64,000 nt of DNA, taken from positions 72,839-136,838 of the IMG/VR virus record IMGVR_UViG_3300025030_001854, one strand, 5' to 3'. Position 1 is the first letter of the stretch. Every line of letters starts with the position of its first letter. The position numbers were made by a program, and so were the translations under genes. Positions 28,304 through 38,577 of this stretch are shown here, one piece after another. This stretch comes from a virus. The notes below the pieces were generated by a model. The model was given only the letters and a program-made list of their open reading frames with translations, was not told the DNA's origin and ran no database searches.

Positions 28304-29504
28304 AATTGAACAACCAGTAGATACATCTCAATTATCCAAGAATTTCCTATCAGCTATGCTGAATGGGTATAAAGATTCTCATTTTAATTTTGATTGTCAA
28401 AATCCAGTTATTATTAGTTCTGGTTCATTAAAATTAGATAACTATATTAAAGTAAAATCGGGTATGATATTAAGGATGGGTGGCCCAGCCGAAACAGGAA
28501 AGACCTCTCAATCTTTACTTTTTGCAGATAATTATATGAAGTCTTTGCCTAAAGCTAAGACTATTTATATTAATGCCGAAGCTAAACTAAGCGAAGAACT
28601 AAGAAAAAGGACATCTTTAAAATTTGTTACTGACCCTAACGAATGGGAATATGGAACAGTTTTCGTTCTTAATTCTAACTGTTTAGATACAATTTGTGAT
28701 GTTTTACATGGTCTTTATAAACAAACTCATGAAGCTGGAGAACATTTGGCTTGTGTTATCGACAGTGTAGACATGTTAATGTTAGCATCATCTTTAGATA
28801 AAAAGATGTCTGAATCTAAAAAACCGGCAGGCATTAATTTCCTAACGAAAGAACTTCTTCGTCGTTTATCTCACATGATAACTAATTATAATGGTTTCAT
28901 GATAATGATTACTCAATATAGTGCTACTTTTACCATGAGTATGTATGAGAAAGAAGCCCCAAATATCATGGATGGTAATCAAACCCACGCTCTAAATCAT
29001 CAAGCCTCATATGCTTTATACTATCGACCAAGAGCCGCTAGTCATTATATTTTAGAAACAGAAGGGGAAAGACCAGACCCAATTAAAAATCCTATTCTTG
29101 GTATTAATGTTAAAATTGAAATTAAAAAATCAGCTTCAGATAATACTGGATACACCATTGAAATTCCTATTAAAAAGGGAAAAGTGGGTAATGCTATTTG
29201 GGTAGAAAAAGAACTTTTTGATTCATTATTTTTATTAGGACTAGTATCAAAGAAAGGGGCTTGGATTGAACTTTCTGATATTGTGACGAAGTGGATTGAA
29301 GAAGTTAATCTTCCCATTATTGCTGAAAATGAAGAAATTCAAAAACATAATGAAAAAGCTAAAGAAGCAGAAAAATTACCACTTAAACCATTAATTGAAT
29401 ATAAGTCTAAGCATCAAGGACTTGTTCAATTTTCTGAATATTTTGAGGCTAATCCTCCTACATTAAATATTTTAATTAACAAAATTAAAACTCTTTACTC
29501 ATGA
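28287..29504 (+). CDS. recA: RecA/UvsX-like recombinase
   Basis: ISSGSLKLD, Walker A GPAETGKT, YINAE, VIDSV, GLVSKKGAW. Confidence 0.85.
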   Translation: MAKKDKIEQPVDTSQLSKNFLSAMLNGYKDSHFNFDCQNPVIISSGSLKLDNYIKVKSGMILRMGGPAETGKTSQSLLFADNYMKSLPKAKTIYINAEAKLSEELRKRTSLKFVTDPNEWEYGTVFVLNSNCLDTICDVLHGLYKQTHEAGEHLACVIDSVDMLMLASSLDKKMSESKKPAGINFLTKELLRRLSHMITNYNGFMIMITQYSATFTMSMYEKEAPNIMDGNQTHALNHQASYALYYRPRAASHYILETEGERPDPIKNPILGINVKIEIKKSASDNTGYTIEIPIKKGKVGNAIWVEKELFDSLFLLGLVSKKGAWIELSDIVTKWIEEVNLPIIAENEEIQKHNEKAKEAEKLPLKPLIEYKSKHQGLVQFSEYFEANPPTLNILINKIKTLYS

Positions 29505-29914
29505 GGCTATTTAATATTAATGGAAAATTAGTTACCAAAAACGTTACCAGATATTTAATTAAATGGGATAAAGCATGTAAATCTAAACTCCAATTTAAAG
29601 TTAAAAAATTTCTTAGACCTTTTTGGCGTCCATTTATTGTTTATGAAGAATTTCCGGTTTATGGAACACTTTTAAAAGTCGATATATTAAACGCTTCATT
29701 AAAAGTGGCTATAGAAGTTCAAGGGCCACAACATAATGAGTTTCATTATTTCCATGATGGAAAACCAGAATTATTCTTAGATTCCGTTAAAAGAGACTGC
29801 AAAAAAATGGAATGGTTAGAAAGAAATGGTTTTCAATTAATAGAAATTATGTATAATGAAGTAGATACACTATCAAAAGAATGGTTTAGACAAAAATTTA
29901 ATCTTATTCTCTAA
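29501..29914 (+). CDS. PD-(D/E)XK endonuclease (DUF559/Vsr-like)
   Basis: EEFPV...VD...AIEVQGPQH...RD..K..WL..NG..LIEI. Confidence 0.75.
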   Translation: MRLFNINGKLVTKNVTRYLIKWDKACKSKLQFKVKKFLRPFWRPFIVYEEFPVYGTLLKVDILNASLKVAIEVQGPQHNEFHYFHDGKPELFLDSVKRDCKKMEWLERNGFQLIEIMYNEVDTLSKEWFRQKFNLIL

Positions 29915-29939
29915 ATAAAATATCTGTGTAAATACAATT

Positions 29940-30203
29940 ATGACAAATCGACAAGGCTCCATGCCGAAACATGTATTAAATTTAATAAATGAACATGCTC
30001 TTGGTGGATTTGTTTTATATTATTTTAATAGCGAAAATGGACATCCAGAACATATTATGTTTTTTGAAAGTCCAGCCCACTGTTTAGCATTACAAAAATA
30101 TATTGGAGATTGGAGTGAGGGTTTAAAACAAGCGTCTATTGAAGCTTCTAAACACTCAATCCAAGCATTAAGTGAGGGAGAAGAAGACGAAGAAGACGAA
30201 TAA
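29940..30203 (+). CDS. Hypothetical protein with acidic tail
   Basis: 87-aa ORF preceded by GTGTAAATA at 29926-29934. Confidence 0.6.
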   Translation: MTNRQGSMPKHVLNLINEHALGGFVLYYFNSENGHPEHIMFFESPAHCLALQKYIGDWSEGLKQASIEASKHSIQALSEGEEDEEDE

Positions 30204-30205
30204 CC

Positions 30206-30237
30206 TTGACAATGAGGCAGTCTTATTCTAGTATAAT
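30206..30237 (+). promoter_or_regulatory. sigma70-type promoter for dnaB
   Basis: TTGACA 30206-30211, 17 nt, TAGTAT 30229-30234 (overlapping TATAAT 30232-30237); ATG at 30243. Confidence 0.6.
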
Positions 30238-30242
30238 CTACT

Positions 30243-31727
30243 ATGGCCCTTCATTCTCTTCAAATAGAAAAACACGTTTTAGGAGGTTTAATTCAGAATC
30301 CAAACATCATGATAGATGTTATCGGATTTATTTCAGAAAAAGATTTCGTAGCTGAACCTCATGGAGTTATTTTTTCCTGCTTAAAACAGATTATCCTTGC
30401 TAGTGAAAATGTCGATAAAGTTCTTCTTGCCCAAAAAATAACAGGATTGGGAATCTCTTTCAAAGACAAAATTAATATCTTTGATTATATTGATGCTATA
30501 TCATTCTCTAGTATTACTCCAAAAGCAACATTCAAAGCTTGTCAAGAATTATCCAAATTAAAAGCTCTTAGAGAATTAAGTCATACCTGTAATAAGATTC
30601 AACAACACTTAGAAAAATCATCTAATAATCCTCTAGAACAAACTATTGCCGAAGTTGATGCTTTATACGGAGATAAAGTATCTTCTTTTTCTATTGAAGA
30701 CGAGCCAGATGATTTATTTTCTGATGTTTATGAAATGATTGAATCATTAGGGAATAATCCTAACGAAGAAATAGGACTATTAACTCCATTTAATGATTTT
30801 AACCGAATGTATGGTGGCCTTAGAGGCGGAAATGTATATGCCGTGGCATCTAGAGCTGGGCAAGGAAAAACTACTTGGCTCAACCATTTAGCCTGTGAAA
30901 CGGGCAGAATTAATAATGTTCCAGCCCTAATATTAGATACAGAAATGGTTTCTAAAGAAATTAAATTAAGAACAGCCGCAGCATTCTCTGGTGTCCCATT
31001 ATGGTATCTAGAAACCGGAAATTGGAGAAAAAATGCAGATATGGTAGAAAAAGTAAGAAAAATTCTTCCATCTCTAAAAAGTAAATATAAGACTTATCAT
31101 TATCATGTTGGCAATAAGCATATAGATGAAGTAATGGCCATTATGAGAAGATGGTATTATAAAATCGTTGGTAGAGGTAACAAGGCTATTATTATTTACG
31201 ATTATTTAAAACTCACAACGGAAAAGGTAGGACAAAATTGGGCTGAATATCAAGTGTTAGGAGAAAAGGTAGATAAATTAAAAAGAATAGCCCTAGAATT
31301 AGATTTACCCATTTTTTCCGCTATTCAAATTAATAGAACTGGAGAGAATTCTGGAAGAACATCGGCAAATGTAGTTGATGATGCTTCTGCTATTGCCATT
31401 TCTGATAGATTAGCGTGGTTTGCTACATACTTAGCTATTTTGAGAAGAAAAACAGAAGATGAAATAGTATTAGATACTCTGGATAGCGGAACCCATAAAC
31501 TCGTAGAAATTAAAGCTCGATATCAAGGAAGAGAGGCTGCTGGACATAGGGACTTAGTATTACGAGAATTCCCAGATGGAAGCAGAAAATATGTAAGAAA
31601 TTACCTTAATTTTGAGATAAGTAATTTTAATATTGAAGAACGAGGAACTGTCCACGATGCTATTCAAAGACAAAATTCTCAATTTCTGGTAACGGATAGT
31701 GTTGGTATTAGAGAAGAAACATTATGA
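30243..31727 (+). CDS. dnaB: Replicative DNA helicase
   Basis: EKHVLGGLI, Walker A SRAGQGKT, DTEM, IYDYL, QINR. Confidence 0.92.
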   Translation: MALHSLQIEKHVLGGLIQNPNIMIDVIGFISEKDFVAEPHGVIFSCLKQIILASENVDKVLLAQKITGLGISFKDKINIFDYIDAISFSSITPKATFKACQELSKLKALRELSHTCNKIQQHLEKSSNNPLEQTIAEVDALYGDKVSSFSIEDEPDDLFSDVYEMIESLGNNPNEEIGLLTPFNDFNRMYGGLRGGNVYAVASRAGQGKTTWLNHLACETGRINNVPALILDTEMVSKEIKLRTAAAFSGVPLWYLETGNWRKNADMVEKVRKILPSLKSKYKTYHYHVGNKHIDEVMAIMRRWYYKIVGRGNKAIIIYDYLKLTTEKVGQNWAEYQVLGEKVDKLKRIALELDLPIFSAIQINRTGENSGRTSANVVDDASAIAISDRLAWFATYLAILRRKTEDEIVLDTLDSGTHKLVEIKARYQGREAAGHRDLVLREFPDGSRKYVRNYLNFEISNFNIEERGTVHDAIQRQNSQFLVTDSVGIREETL

Positions 31728-32623
31728 TTGAAAGTATTAAGGATGTTCTTCATAAAATTGGTTATTCTCAATTAATAGATAATGGTCAATATTTTCGCAC
31801 AAAACCATTATATAGAGATTCAGATAACCCGACATCTCTATCTATAGATAAAACTACTGGTGATTGGTATGATTTTGGGACAAATACTGGGGGAAAGCTT
31901 CTTCAGTTTATTCACCTTCATTCTACCGGCACTTCTATTTTGTCCGTAGATGATTTAAATAAAGTCCAATCTTTTCAACCAGTAGTTAGTCATCAAGTCG
32001 AAATTCAAGAACAAGAAATATTCTCTAAGGATTGTCTGGTTAGATTATTAAAAGATAATTCTTATTGGAATAATCGAGGAATAAGTAATGAGACTTTGGA
32101 AATTTTCAGTGGGGGAGTAGCAATAAAGGGCAAACTTATGAATAGGTATGTTTTTCCTATTTTTAATGAAAGACATGACCTAGTAGGATTTAGCGGCAGA
32201 GCCCTACAAAATTTTAATCCTAAATGGAAACTTCTAGGGAGTAAATCAAAATGGAGTTACCCTTTAATATTTAATAAACCAGAAATCATCAAAAATAAAT
32301 ATGTAATTTTAGTAGAGAGTATCGGGGATATGTTAGCTTTGTGGGAGGCTGAAATAAAAAATGTTTTAGTGTTATTTGGTATAGATATTAGTTCTAGTAT
32401 TGTTACCTCTCTTATTAAATTAGATGTTAATAAAATCGTTTTAGCGTTAAATAACGACAAAGATAATAACTTTATAGGAAATATAGCTAGTGAAAACGGT
32501 AAAAAATTTCTTTCTAAGTTTTTTGATGAATCTCAAATTCTAATTTCATTACCTACTTTAAAAGATTTTGGAGATATGACTGTCGAAGAAATAAATTTAT
32601 GGAAGACAAACCTACCCCTTTAA
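31724..32623 (+). CDS. dnaG: DnaG-like primase (TOPRIM)
   Basis: RYVFPIFN..HDLVGFSGR, ILVESIGD, LNND, KDFG. Confidence 0.85.
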   Translation: MIESIKDVLHKIGYSQLIDNGQYFRTKPLYRDSDNPTSLSIDKTTGDWYDFGTNTGGKLLQFIHLHSTGTSILSVDDLNKVQSFQPVVSHQVEIQEQEIFSKDCLVRLLKDNSYWNNRGISNETLEIFSGGVAIKGKLMNRYVFPIFNERHDLVGFSGRALQNFNPKWKLLGSKSKWSYPLIFNKPEIIKNKYVILVESIGDMLALWEAEIKNVLVLFGIDISSSIVTSLIKLDVNKIVLALNNDKDNNFIGNIASENGKKFLSKFFDESQILISLPTLKDFGDMTVEEINLWKTNLPL

Positions 32624-33651
32624 TAGGATTATCCGCTTCTCGAACAAAACTTTTAGACCAATGTTCTTGGCAATATTGGGCAAATTACCATATTCAACTA
32701 CCTCAAATTCAAAATGAAGGAGCAAAAAAGGGTTCTATTTGTCATTCTGTTTTTGAGGTCTTGTTAAAAAAGAAACATAAAAAACATTATAAACAGATAA
32801 TTAAAGAAAATTCTATTATTGGAAGTAAAGCTGTTTATCGAATGGTTCTTCACCATATAAGAAAATTAAAACTTTCTCTAACTAAAGAATTATTAGTTAT
32901 GATAGACCAAATGATTATGGTCGGACTAAAAAATGATTTTTTTATTAAAAATGGGAAATTAGTAGCTCCAGAATTTGAATTTGATTTATCCAACGAATCA
33001 CCTTGTTATAGAATTAAAGGATTTATGGATAAGCCAGTTATTGTCGGTAATGAAATAATTATAGATGATTTTAAATCTTCTAAGAAAAAATTTGAAGGAG
33101 AAGACCAAGAATCTAATCTTCAAGCACTAATTTATAGTCTTGCAGCGAAAAAACTTTGGCCACATCTATCGCCAAGAGTCAGATTTATTTTTCTACAGTA
33201 TCCAGATAGTCCGATTATGGAATTAAAATTTACTGACAATGCTTTAAAAGGACTAGAGTTTTATTTAGAAGAAATAGAAAAAAAGGTATTATTTTTTAAT
33301 AAATATGATGCCATGAAAAATTTTGCCGCTCACATTGAACCCTCTCCAAATGAATTTAAAGGAAAGGTGGTTTGTGGCTATGCTAAAAAACCAGGACAAT
33401 TAAAAAAAGATGGAACAAAAATGTGGCATTGTCCATATAAATTTCCATTTCAATATTATCGTGTAAAAATGAAAGACGGGAAAGAAAAGACGTTTTTTAC
33501 CATAGAAGAAATTCCAAAAGATATAGCATTAGAAATTAAACTAGAACAATATGCTGGTTGTCCAGCCTTTTTCTCTCCAGCGTTAGACATAAATATTAAA
33601 CCTCAACCCCCTGTTATAAAAAGAAATGTTTTGGACGATTTCAACTTTTAA
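32599..33651 (+). CDS. PD-(D/E)XK RecB/Cas4-like exonuclease
   Basis: LSASR...C, GSICH..FE, GFMD, IDDFKSSK, LQALIY, C-terminal Cys residues. Confidence 0.8.
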   Translation: MEDKPTPLIGLSASRTKLLDQCSWQYWANYHIQLPQIQNEGAKKGSICHSVFEVLLKKKHKKHYKQIIKENSIIGSKAVYRMVLHHIRKLKLSLTKELLVMIDQMIMVGLKNDFFIKNGKLVAPEFEFDLSNESPCYRIKGFMDKPVIVGNEIIIDDFKSSKKKFEGEDQESNLQALIYSLAAKKLWPHLSPRVRFIFLQYPDSPIMELKFTDNALKGLEFYLEEIEKKVLFFNKYDAMKNFAAHIEPSPNEFKGKVVCGYAKKPGQLKKDGTKMWHCPYKFPFQYYRVKMKDGKEKTFFTIEEIPKDIALEIKLEQYAGCPAFFSPALDINIKPQPPVIKRNVLDDFNF

Positions 33652-33654
33652 CTC

Positions 33655-33683
33655 TTGACTTTTGGATAAGAAAAACTTAACAT
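33655..33683 (+). promoter_or_regulatory. sigma70-type promoter, apparently leaderless
   Basis: TTGACT-17 nt-TAACAT; ATG at 33690. Confidence 0.5.
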
Positions 33684-33689
33684 ATACAT

Positions 33690-34469
33690 ATGTATTCTAC
33701 ATTGCCGTTGTTTAAAAGTCACTTTAGTTTGGGTAAAAGTATCCTAACTTTAGAAGCTCCGACTTGTAAAGAATCTTATCCTGTTTCTATTTTTGACCTT
33801 CTCGTAGCTAATAAATTAAAAATTCTTCCATTGGTTGATGATAATATTAGTGGCTTACTACAAGCGAGTAAAAACGCCAAAGAAAATAAAATTAAACTAA
33901 TGTTTGGTTTAAGACTCTTCTTTACCGAAGATTGTTTAAATCAAAATGAGGATTCGCTTAAAAAGCGGGCAAGATATATAATATTTGCTAAAAATCCAAA
34001 TGGCTATAAAGACCTACTTCGTCTTTGGTCTTTTGCAGCGAAAGATGGATTTTATTATACTCCATGTTTAGATTTTAAACAATTGAAAAAATTATGGACA
34101 GATAATCTTTCTTTGGTGGTTCCATTTTATGATTCTTTTCTTTATTTAAATACTTTTTATTCGCACCAACACGTTCCAGATTTTTCTTTTACTTCTCCCG
34201 TTTTTCTCCAAGAAGATAATAATTTGCCTTTTGATTCGCTATTATTAAATAGAGTGATAGACTTTACTACATCGAAGAAATTCCCAATCATGCCAGCTCA
34301 AAGTATCTATTATAAAAATGAAGATGATTTTTTGGCTTATATCACTTTTAGATGTATCCATAATCGAGGCCATTCTTCCAAATCGACCGTAGAAAGACCT
34401 GAACTAGACCACATGGGAAGTAATACATTTAATTTTAAAAGATGGTTAAAAAATAATCAAACCGCATGA
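33690..34469 (+). CDS. Stand-alone PHP domain of DNA polymerase III alpha
   Basis: FKSHFSLGKS, KLMFG, IFAKNPNGYKDL.RL.S.A..DGFYYTP.LD. Confidence 0.85.
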   Translation: MYSTLPLFKSHFSLGKSILTLEAPTCKESYPVSIFDLLVANKLKILPLVDDNISGLLQASKNAKENKIKLMFGLRLFFTEDCLNQNEDSLKKRARYIIFAKNPNGYKDLLRLWSFAAKDGFYYTPCLDFKQLKKLWTDNLSLVVPFYDSFLYLNTFYSHQHVPDFSFTSPVFLQEDNNLPFDSLLLNRVIDFTTSKKFPIMPAQSIYYKNEDDFLAYITFRCIHNRGHSSKSTVERPELDHMGSNTFNFKRWLKNNQTA

Positions 34470-34972
34470 AAATATTCGACTTTAATGAACAATTACCTAT
34501 TGGGAAAACAGGAGAATTAATCTTTTCTCAAATTTATAAGAATTTAAATATCAAATTATCAGAAGATAAACGGTGGGATTTTGAACTTGGTGATAAAATC
34601 AAAATTGAGTTAAAAACCGACACATATAATATGGAAGCTACTGAAAACTTTTTTATGGAATTATATAGTGATTCAGATAAGGGAACTTTAGGCGGTCCAT
34701 GGAGAGCCCTTTCTGATGGGGTTGAATATTTTGTTTATTTTTATATTTCCAATGGAACATTTTTTTGGTTTAAAACGCAAGAATTATGTAATGCCTTAGA
34801 AAATATTATTGCTCAATTTAATTTAAAATTAAAGGCTATCAGTAATAAGGGATGGACTACCCAAGGATATCTCATAAATAGAGATTTATTAAAAAATGTA
34901 ATATGTCAATTAGATGTAGTTCCTTCGAATGAACCAAAAACAGACCCAGACGACTCCAACCCACCCTTTTAA
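34466..34972 (+). CDS. PD-(D/E)XK nuclease-like protein
   Basis: GKTGE...WDF...IELKTD...NFFME. Confidence 0.65.
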   Translation: MKIFDFNEQLPIGKTGELIFSQIYKNLNIKLSEDKRWDFELGDKIKIELKTDTYNMEATENFFMELYSDSDKGTLGGPWRALSDGVEYFVYFYISNGTFFWFKTQELCNALENIIAQFNLKLKAISNKGWTTQGYLINRDLLKNVICQLDVVPSNEPKTDPDDSNPPF

Positions 34973-34973
34973 T

Positions 34974-35621
34974 ATGGAAGATAACCTATTACGATATGAT
35001 AAAAAATCAGTATTTACTTTTATTGATTTAGAGACATTTAATTTATGTCTTAACTTTATATTTAATCGCCCTTGGCAAGTTGGGATTATTCAGGTTAAGG
35101 GAGATAAAATTATTGACTCCCAAGATATTAGAGTTAAATGGCCAGATTCCCCCCATTTATCTATAGGCAGAGAGGCGGCAGTAATTACTAGATTCAATCC
35201 AGAAGAACATGAAAAATTAGCTATCTTGCCAGAAGAGGCTTTTAAAATATTTTGGCCAATGCTTGTAAATTCTGATTATATTATTATGCATAATGGTCTT
35301 AGGTTTGATTTATATTTATTAAAGGGATTCGCGGAAATGATGGGTGTCGATTGGAAATTCATAATGAACAAGGTGATTGATACTAAATCTGTTGCTCAGG
35401 GAATTAAAATGAATATTCCTTATAGAAAAGCAGATGGAACTTTTTTGGAGTATCAATATAGAATGGCAAATGCAGTTGTTAAGGGAATTAAAACTAATCT
35501 TACCGCTCTTGGAAAAGAATATGGAATAGAACATGATTACGAACAACTCCATCATGCGATTAATGATTTGCTATTAAATTTAAAAGTCTGGGATAAGTTA
35601 AAATATCAATTGGATTTATGA
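34974..35621 (+). CDS. DEDDh 3'-5' exonuclease (DnaQ/epsilon-like)
   Basis: FIDLET, HNGLRFD, IDT, LHHAIND; likely start ATG 34974. Confidence 0.85.
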   Translation: MEDNLLRYDKKSVFTFIDLETFNLCLNFIFNRPWQVGIIQVKGDKIIDSQDIRVKWPDSPHLSIGREAAVITRFNPEEHEKLAILPEEAFKIFWPMLVNSDYIIMHNGLRFDLYLLKGFAEMMGVDWKFIMNKVIDTKSVAQGIKMNIPYRKADGTFLEYQYRMANAVVKGIKTNLTALGKEYGIEHDYEQLHHAINDLLLNLKVWDKLKYQLDL

Positions 35622-36013
35622 ATATTAAATTTAGAATATGGTCTTTTAATCTAAAAGGATGGATAAACGATTTATTTCTTGAGAATTTAGGATTCATTTA
35701 TTCTCAAACTTTAAATAGTTATCTTAAAAACTTACAGTTTAATAAATCTATTTGTATCCAGCAATTTACTGGCCTAGTAGATAAAAATGGAAAAGAAATT
35801 TACGAAGGAGATATTGTAACCACTCATCATTATGATGATTGGGATGATAATGAAGGATTCGATGTTATCAACATGGTAAAATGGTGCCCAATTCACGTAG
35901 GATGGAGAGGATTTACAAAAGAAATAGAGAAAAAATCTTATGCTGGAAATAAATTATCCAAACCGATAACTATCATTGGTAATATTTTCGAAAATCCACA
36001 ATTATGCAAGTAA
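35618..36013 (+). CDS. YopX-family phage protein
   Basis: IKFRIW...QFTGLVDKNGKEIYEGDIV...IIGNIFENP. Confidence 0.9.
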   Translation: MNIKFRIWSFNLKGWINDLFLENLGFIYSQTLNSYLKNLQFNKSICIQQFTGLVDKNGKEIYEGDIVTTHHYDDWDDNEGFDVINMVKWCPIHVGWRGFTKEIEKKSYAGNKLSKPITIIGNIFENPQLCK

Positions 36014-38577
36014 ATGAATTTATAAACGATTTTGAATCAATGGAGGTTCCCATTCTTGGGGTTCGACTTCCAGAATTCGCTATTGAAGAGAAATATTTAA
36101 AAGCAGTTGGTTTAAAATTAGGAACATCTAATTATGATTTTCTTCGAGCTTTATGTATTGAGGGGTTTAAGAAACTAAAAATATCTAAATCTAACCCAAA
36201 TTATCAAATTTATGGAGATAGAGTTAAACACGAACTTGGAATTCTTTCCGAATTAGGATTTGTTGATTACCTATTATTAGTATGGGATGTCATTAATTAT
36301 TGTAAAGAAAATGATATTCCGACTGGTTTGGGTCGAGGAAGCGCGGCAGGAAGTCTTGTCCTTTATCTTATTGGTGTCACTAAAATAGACCCTATTAAAT
36401 ACGGACTCTATTTTGAAAGATTCGTGTCTAAAATTAGAGCTAAAAAACAAATCTTTGACGGAATTACCTATTTAGACGGTTCGTTAATGTGCGATGTGGA
36501 TTTGGATATCTGCTACTATAATCGTCCAAAAGTATTAGCTTATTTGGATAAGAAATTTGCCGGAAAAACATCTAAGATTCTTACATTTAATACTTTATCA
36601 GCTAAATTGGTTATTAAAGAGGTCGGTAAGATTCTAGGTGGAGTTCCAGAAGAAGAAATGACTCATGTTACAAGTATGATTCCTAAACAGCATGGAATCT
36701 TGGAGGATTTAGATGTTGCCTATGAAAAAGTGGGAGAATTTAAAGAATGGTGTGATACTCATAGTCTTGTTTATTCTGTAGCTTTAAAATTAAAAGACCT
36801 TATTAAAAATAAGGGGGTTCATCCATCAGGAATTATGATTACTCATGGAAACCTACTAGATTCTTGCCCCACAGAACTTTCTTCAGAAAAGGAAATTGTT
36901 TCTTCCTATGACATGAACTGGGTGTCATTATTTTCTGTTAAGTTAGATGCTTTGGGTTTACGTGGAGTGTCGGTCGTAGATGATATATGTAAACAATTAG
37001 GAATTAAGGTCGAAGACATAGATTTAAATGACCCAATTATATATCAGAGCCTACAAAGTTTGAAATACCCACAAGGTCTATTCCAATTAGAGGCTGACCT
37101 ATGCTTTAAAACAACCCAAAAAGTTAAACCAAAGAATATGCAAGAATTAAGTGCTATTCTTGCTGTCGCCCGTCCTGGTGCGATGCAATTTATTGACAAG
37201 CTCGCTCTGTATACAACAACTGGAACTATTGACAGTATTCATCCATTTTTTGAAGATATTTTAATAGAAACTGGTGGGGTTGCCCTATATCAGGAGCAGT
37301 TAATGAAAATGGCTAATAAAATTGGTTTCACCTTGGATGAAGCCGAAATTTTAAGGAGAATTGTAGGAAAAAAGAAAGTTGACGAAGTTAAAAAATGGAA
37401 AAGTAAAATTGAAGAAAAAGTAAAAGAGCAAGGACTTGATAAAGAAATAGGAGAAATCTTATGGAAGATTTTGGAAGATTCGGCAAGTTATTCATTCAAC
37501 AAGAGCCATAGTGTAAGTTATGCTGCATTGGCTGCTTTAACAGTCTACTTAAAATTCAAATATCCAACAAATTTCTTCTTGTCTCTTCTTTCTATGAGTC
37601 AACATGAACCTGACCCCATAGGAGAAATAGCTAAAATCCATAAAGAAATGCAATATTTTAATATTAAATTGCTTTCTCCAAGCTTATCTTATTCCCAAAT
37701 TAAATTTACTATTGAAGGAAAAGATATTCGTTTCGGTCTTTCTTCTATTAAGGGCATTGCCGAAAAAACAATTGAAAAACTTAATAATTTTAAACGAGAA
37801 CATGCCAATAAATTTGAATTATTTGAATCTGCGAAAGAAGCCGGTCTAACAATCGGAGTCCTCTCCGCTCTTATTCAGGCTGGAACACTGTCTAAATTTG
37901 GCGATAAAAGAGCATATTTAGTCTATGAGGCTCAATTATGGAACCTTCTTAAACCGAAAGAAAAACAAAACGCTATTTCTTTAGCTTTAAAGTATGATTA
38001 TAAATTAATTCCCATTGTTAAAGCGTTAAATCAGGTTCATAAAGATGAAAAAGGACGACCTTTAATCAAGGATTCAAGAATGGCAACTATAAAAAAGGGT
38101 TCAGAAAGATATAAAAATATTTTTGAACTAAATGATGTATGTGCTGATTTCGCTAACTGGTGGTATGAAAAACGATTATTGGGTTATGTTTCCGACAAGC
38201 ACTTAATTGATATATTCTTATCCAAAAAAAGTTCATTATCCCCCATTAATGAAATATTAGAATTGCCAGAGGATTCTTACGTTGATTTTATTGGTCATAT
38301 TGATGAAAATCCTACGCTTGGAACTTCTAGGACAGCTAGAAAAAGCAAATATGCCAAATATCAAATCAGTGACGAAACAGGGACCGTTAAAGTCATGATT
38401 TTTAATGATTCTCTTGAAGAATGTAAAACTTTAAATGGAGTTCTTCCTAAACAAGAAGATATCGTAATTGTAAGCGGAAGGAAAAAGGGGGATGATACTA
38501 TTTTCGCCCGCTTAATTGCTGTTCAACAAAATGTAATTTATACAAAACTTTCAGAATTAAAAGACCCAACAGTTTAA
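36004..38577 (+). CDS. dnaE: DNA polymerase III alpha catalytic subunit lacking PHP domain
   Basis: GRGSAAGSLV, FERF, DVDLD, HPSG, KLDALGL, YQEQ, FNKSH, IRFGLSSIKG, C-terminal OB fold. Confidence 0.93.
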   Translation: MQVNEFINDFESMEVPILGVRLPEFAIEEKYLKAVGLKLGTSNYDFLRALCIEGFKKLKISKSNPNYQIYGDRVKHELGILSELGFVDYLLLVWDVINYCKENDIPTGLGRGSAAGSLVLYLIGVTKIDPIKYGLYFERFVSKIRAKKQIFDGITYLDGSLMCDVDLDICYYNRPKVLAYLDKKFAGKTSKILTFNTLSAKLVIKEVGKILGGVPEEEMTHVTSMIPKQHGILEDLDVAYEKVGEFKEWCDTHSLVYSVALKLKDLIKNKGVHPSGIMITHGNLLDSCPTELSSEKEIVSSYDMNWVSLFSVKLDALGLRGVSVVDDICKQLGIKVEDIDLNDPIIYQSLQSLKYPQGLFQLEADLCFKTTQKVKPKNMQELSAILAVARPGAMQFIDKLALYTTTGTIDSIHPFFEDILIETGGVALYQEQLMKMANKIGFTLDEAEILRRIVGKKKVDEVKKWKSKIEEKVKEQGLDKEIGEILWKILEDSASYSFNKSHSVSYAALAALTVYLKFKYPTNFFLSLLSMSQHEPDPIGEIAKIHKEMQYFNIKLLSPSLSYSQIKFTIEGKDIRFGLSSIKGIAEKTIEKLNNFKREHANKFELFESAKEAGLTIGVLSALIQAGTLSKFGDKRAYLVYEAQLWNLLKPKEKQNAISLALKYDYKLIPIVKALNQVHKDEKGRPLIKDSRMATIKKGSERYKNIFELNDVCADFANWWYEKRLLGYVSDKHLIDIFLSKKSSLSPINEILELPEDSYVDFIGHIDENPTLGTSRTARKSKYAKYQISDETGTVKVMIFNDSLEECKTLNGVLPKQEDIVIVSGRKKGDDTIFARLIAVQQNVIYTKLSELKDPTV

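Noticed and set aside
32599-33651. Cas4 as evidence of a CRISPR-Cas system
   Set aside because: No array or other cas genes; Cas4/RecB-like exonucleases are routine in phage replication modules
33690-38577. Split-intein or intron-interrupted dnaE
   Set aside because: No intein terminal motifs or intron-like non-coding gaps; the intervening DNA is filled by coupled ORFs
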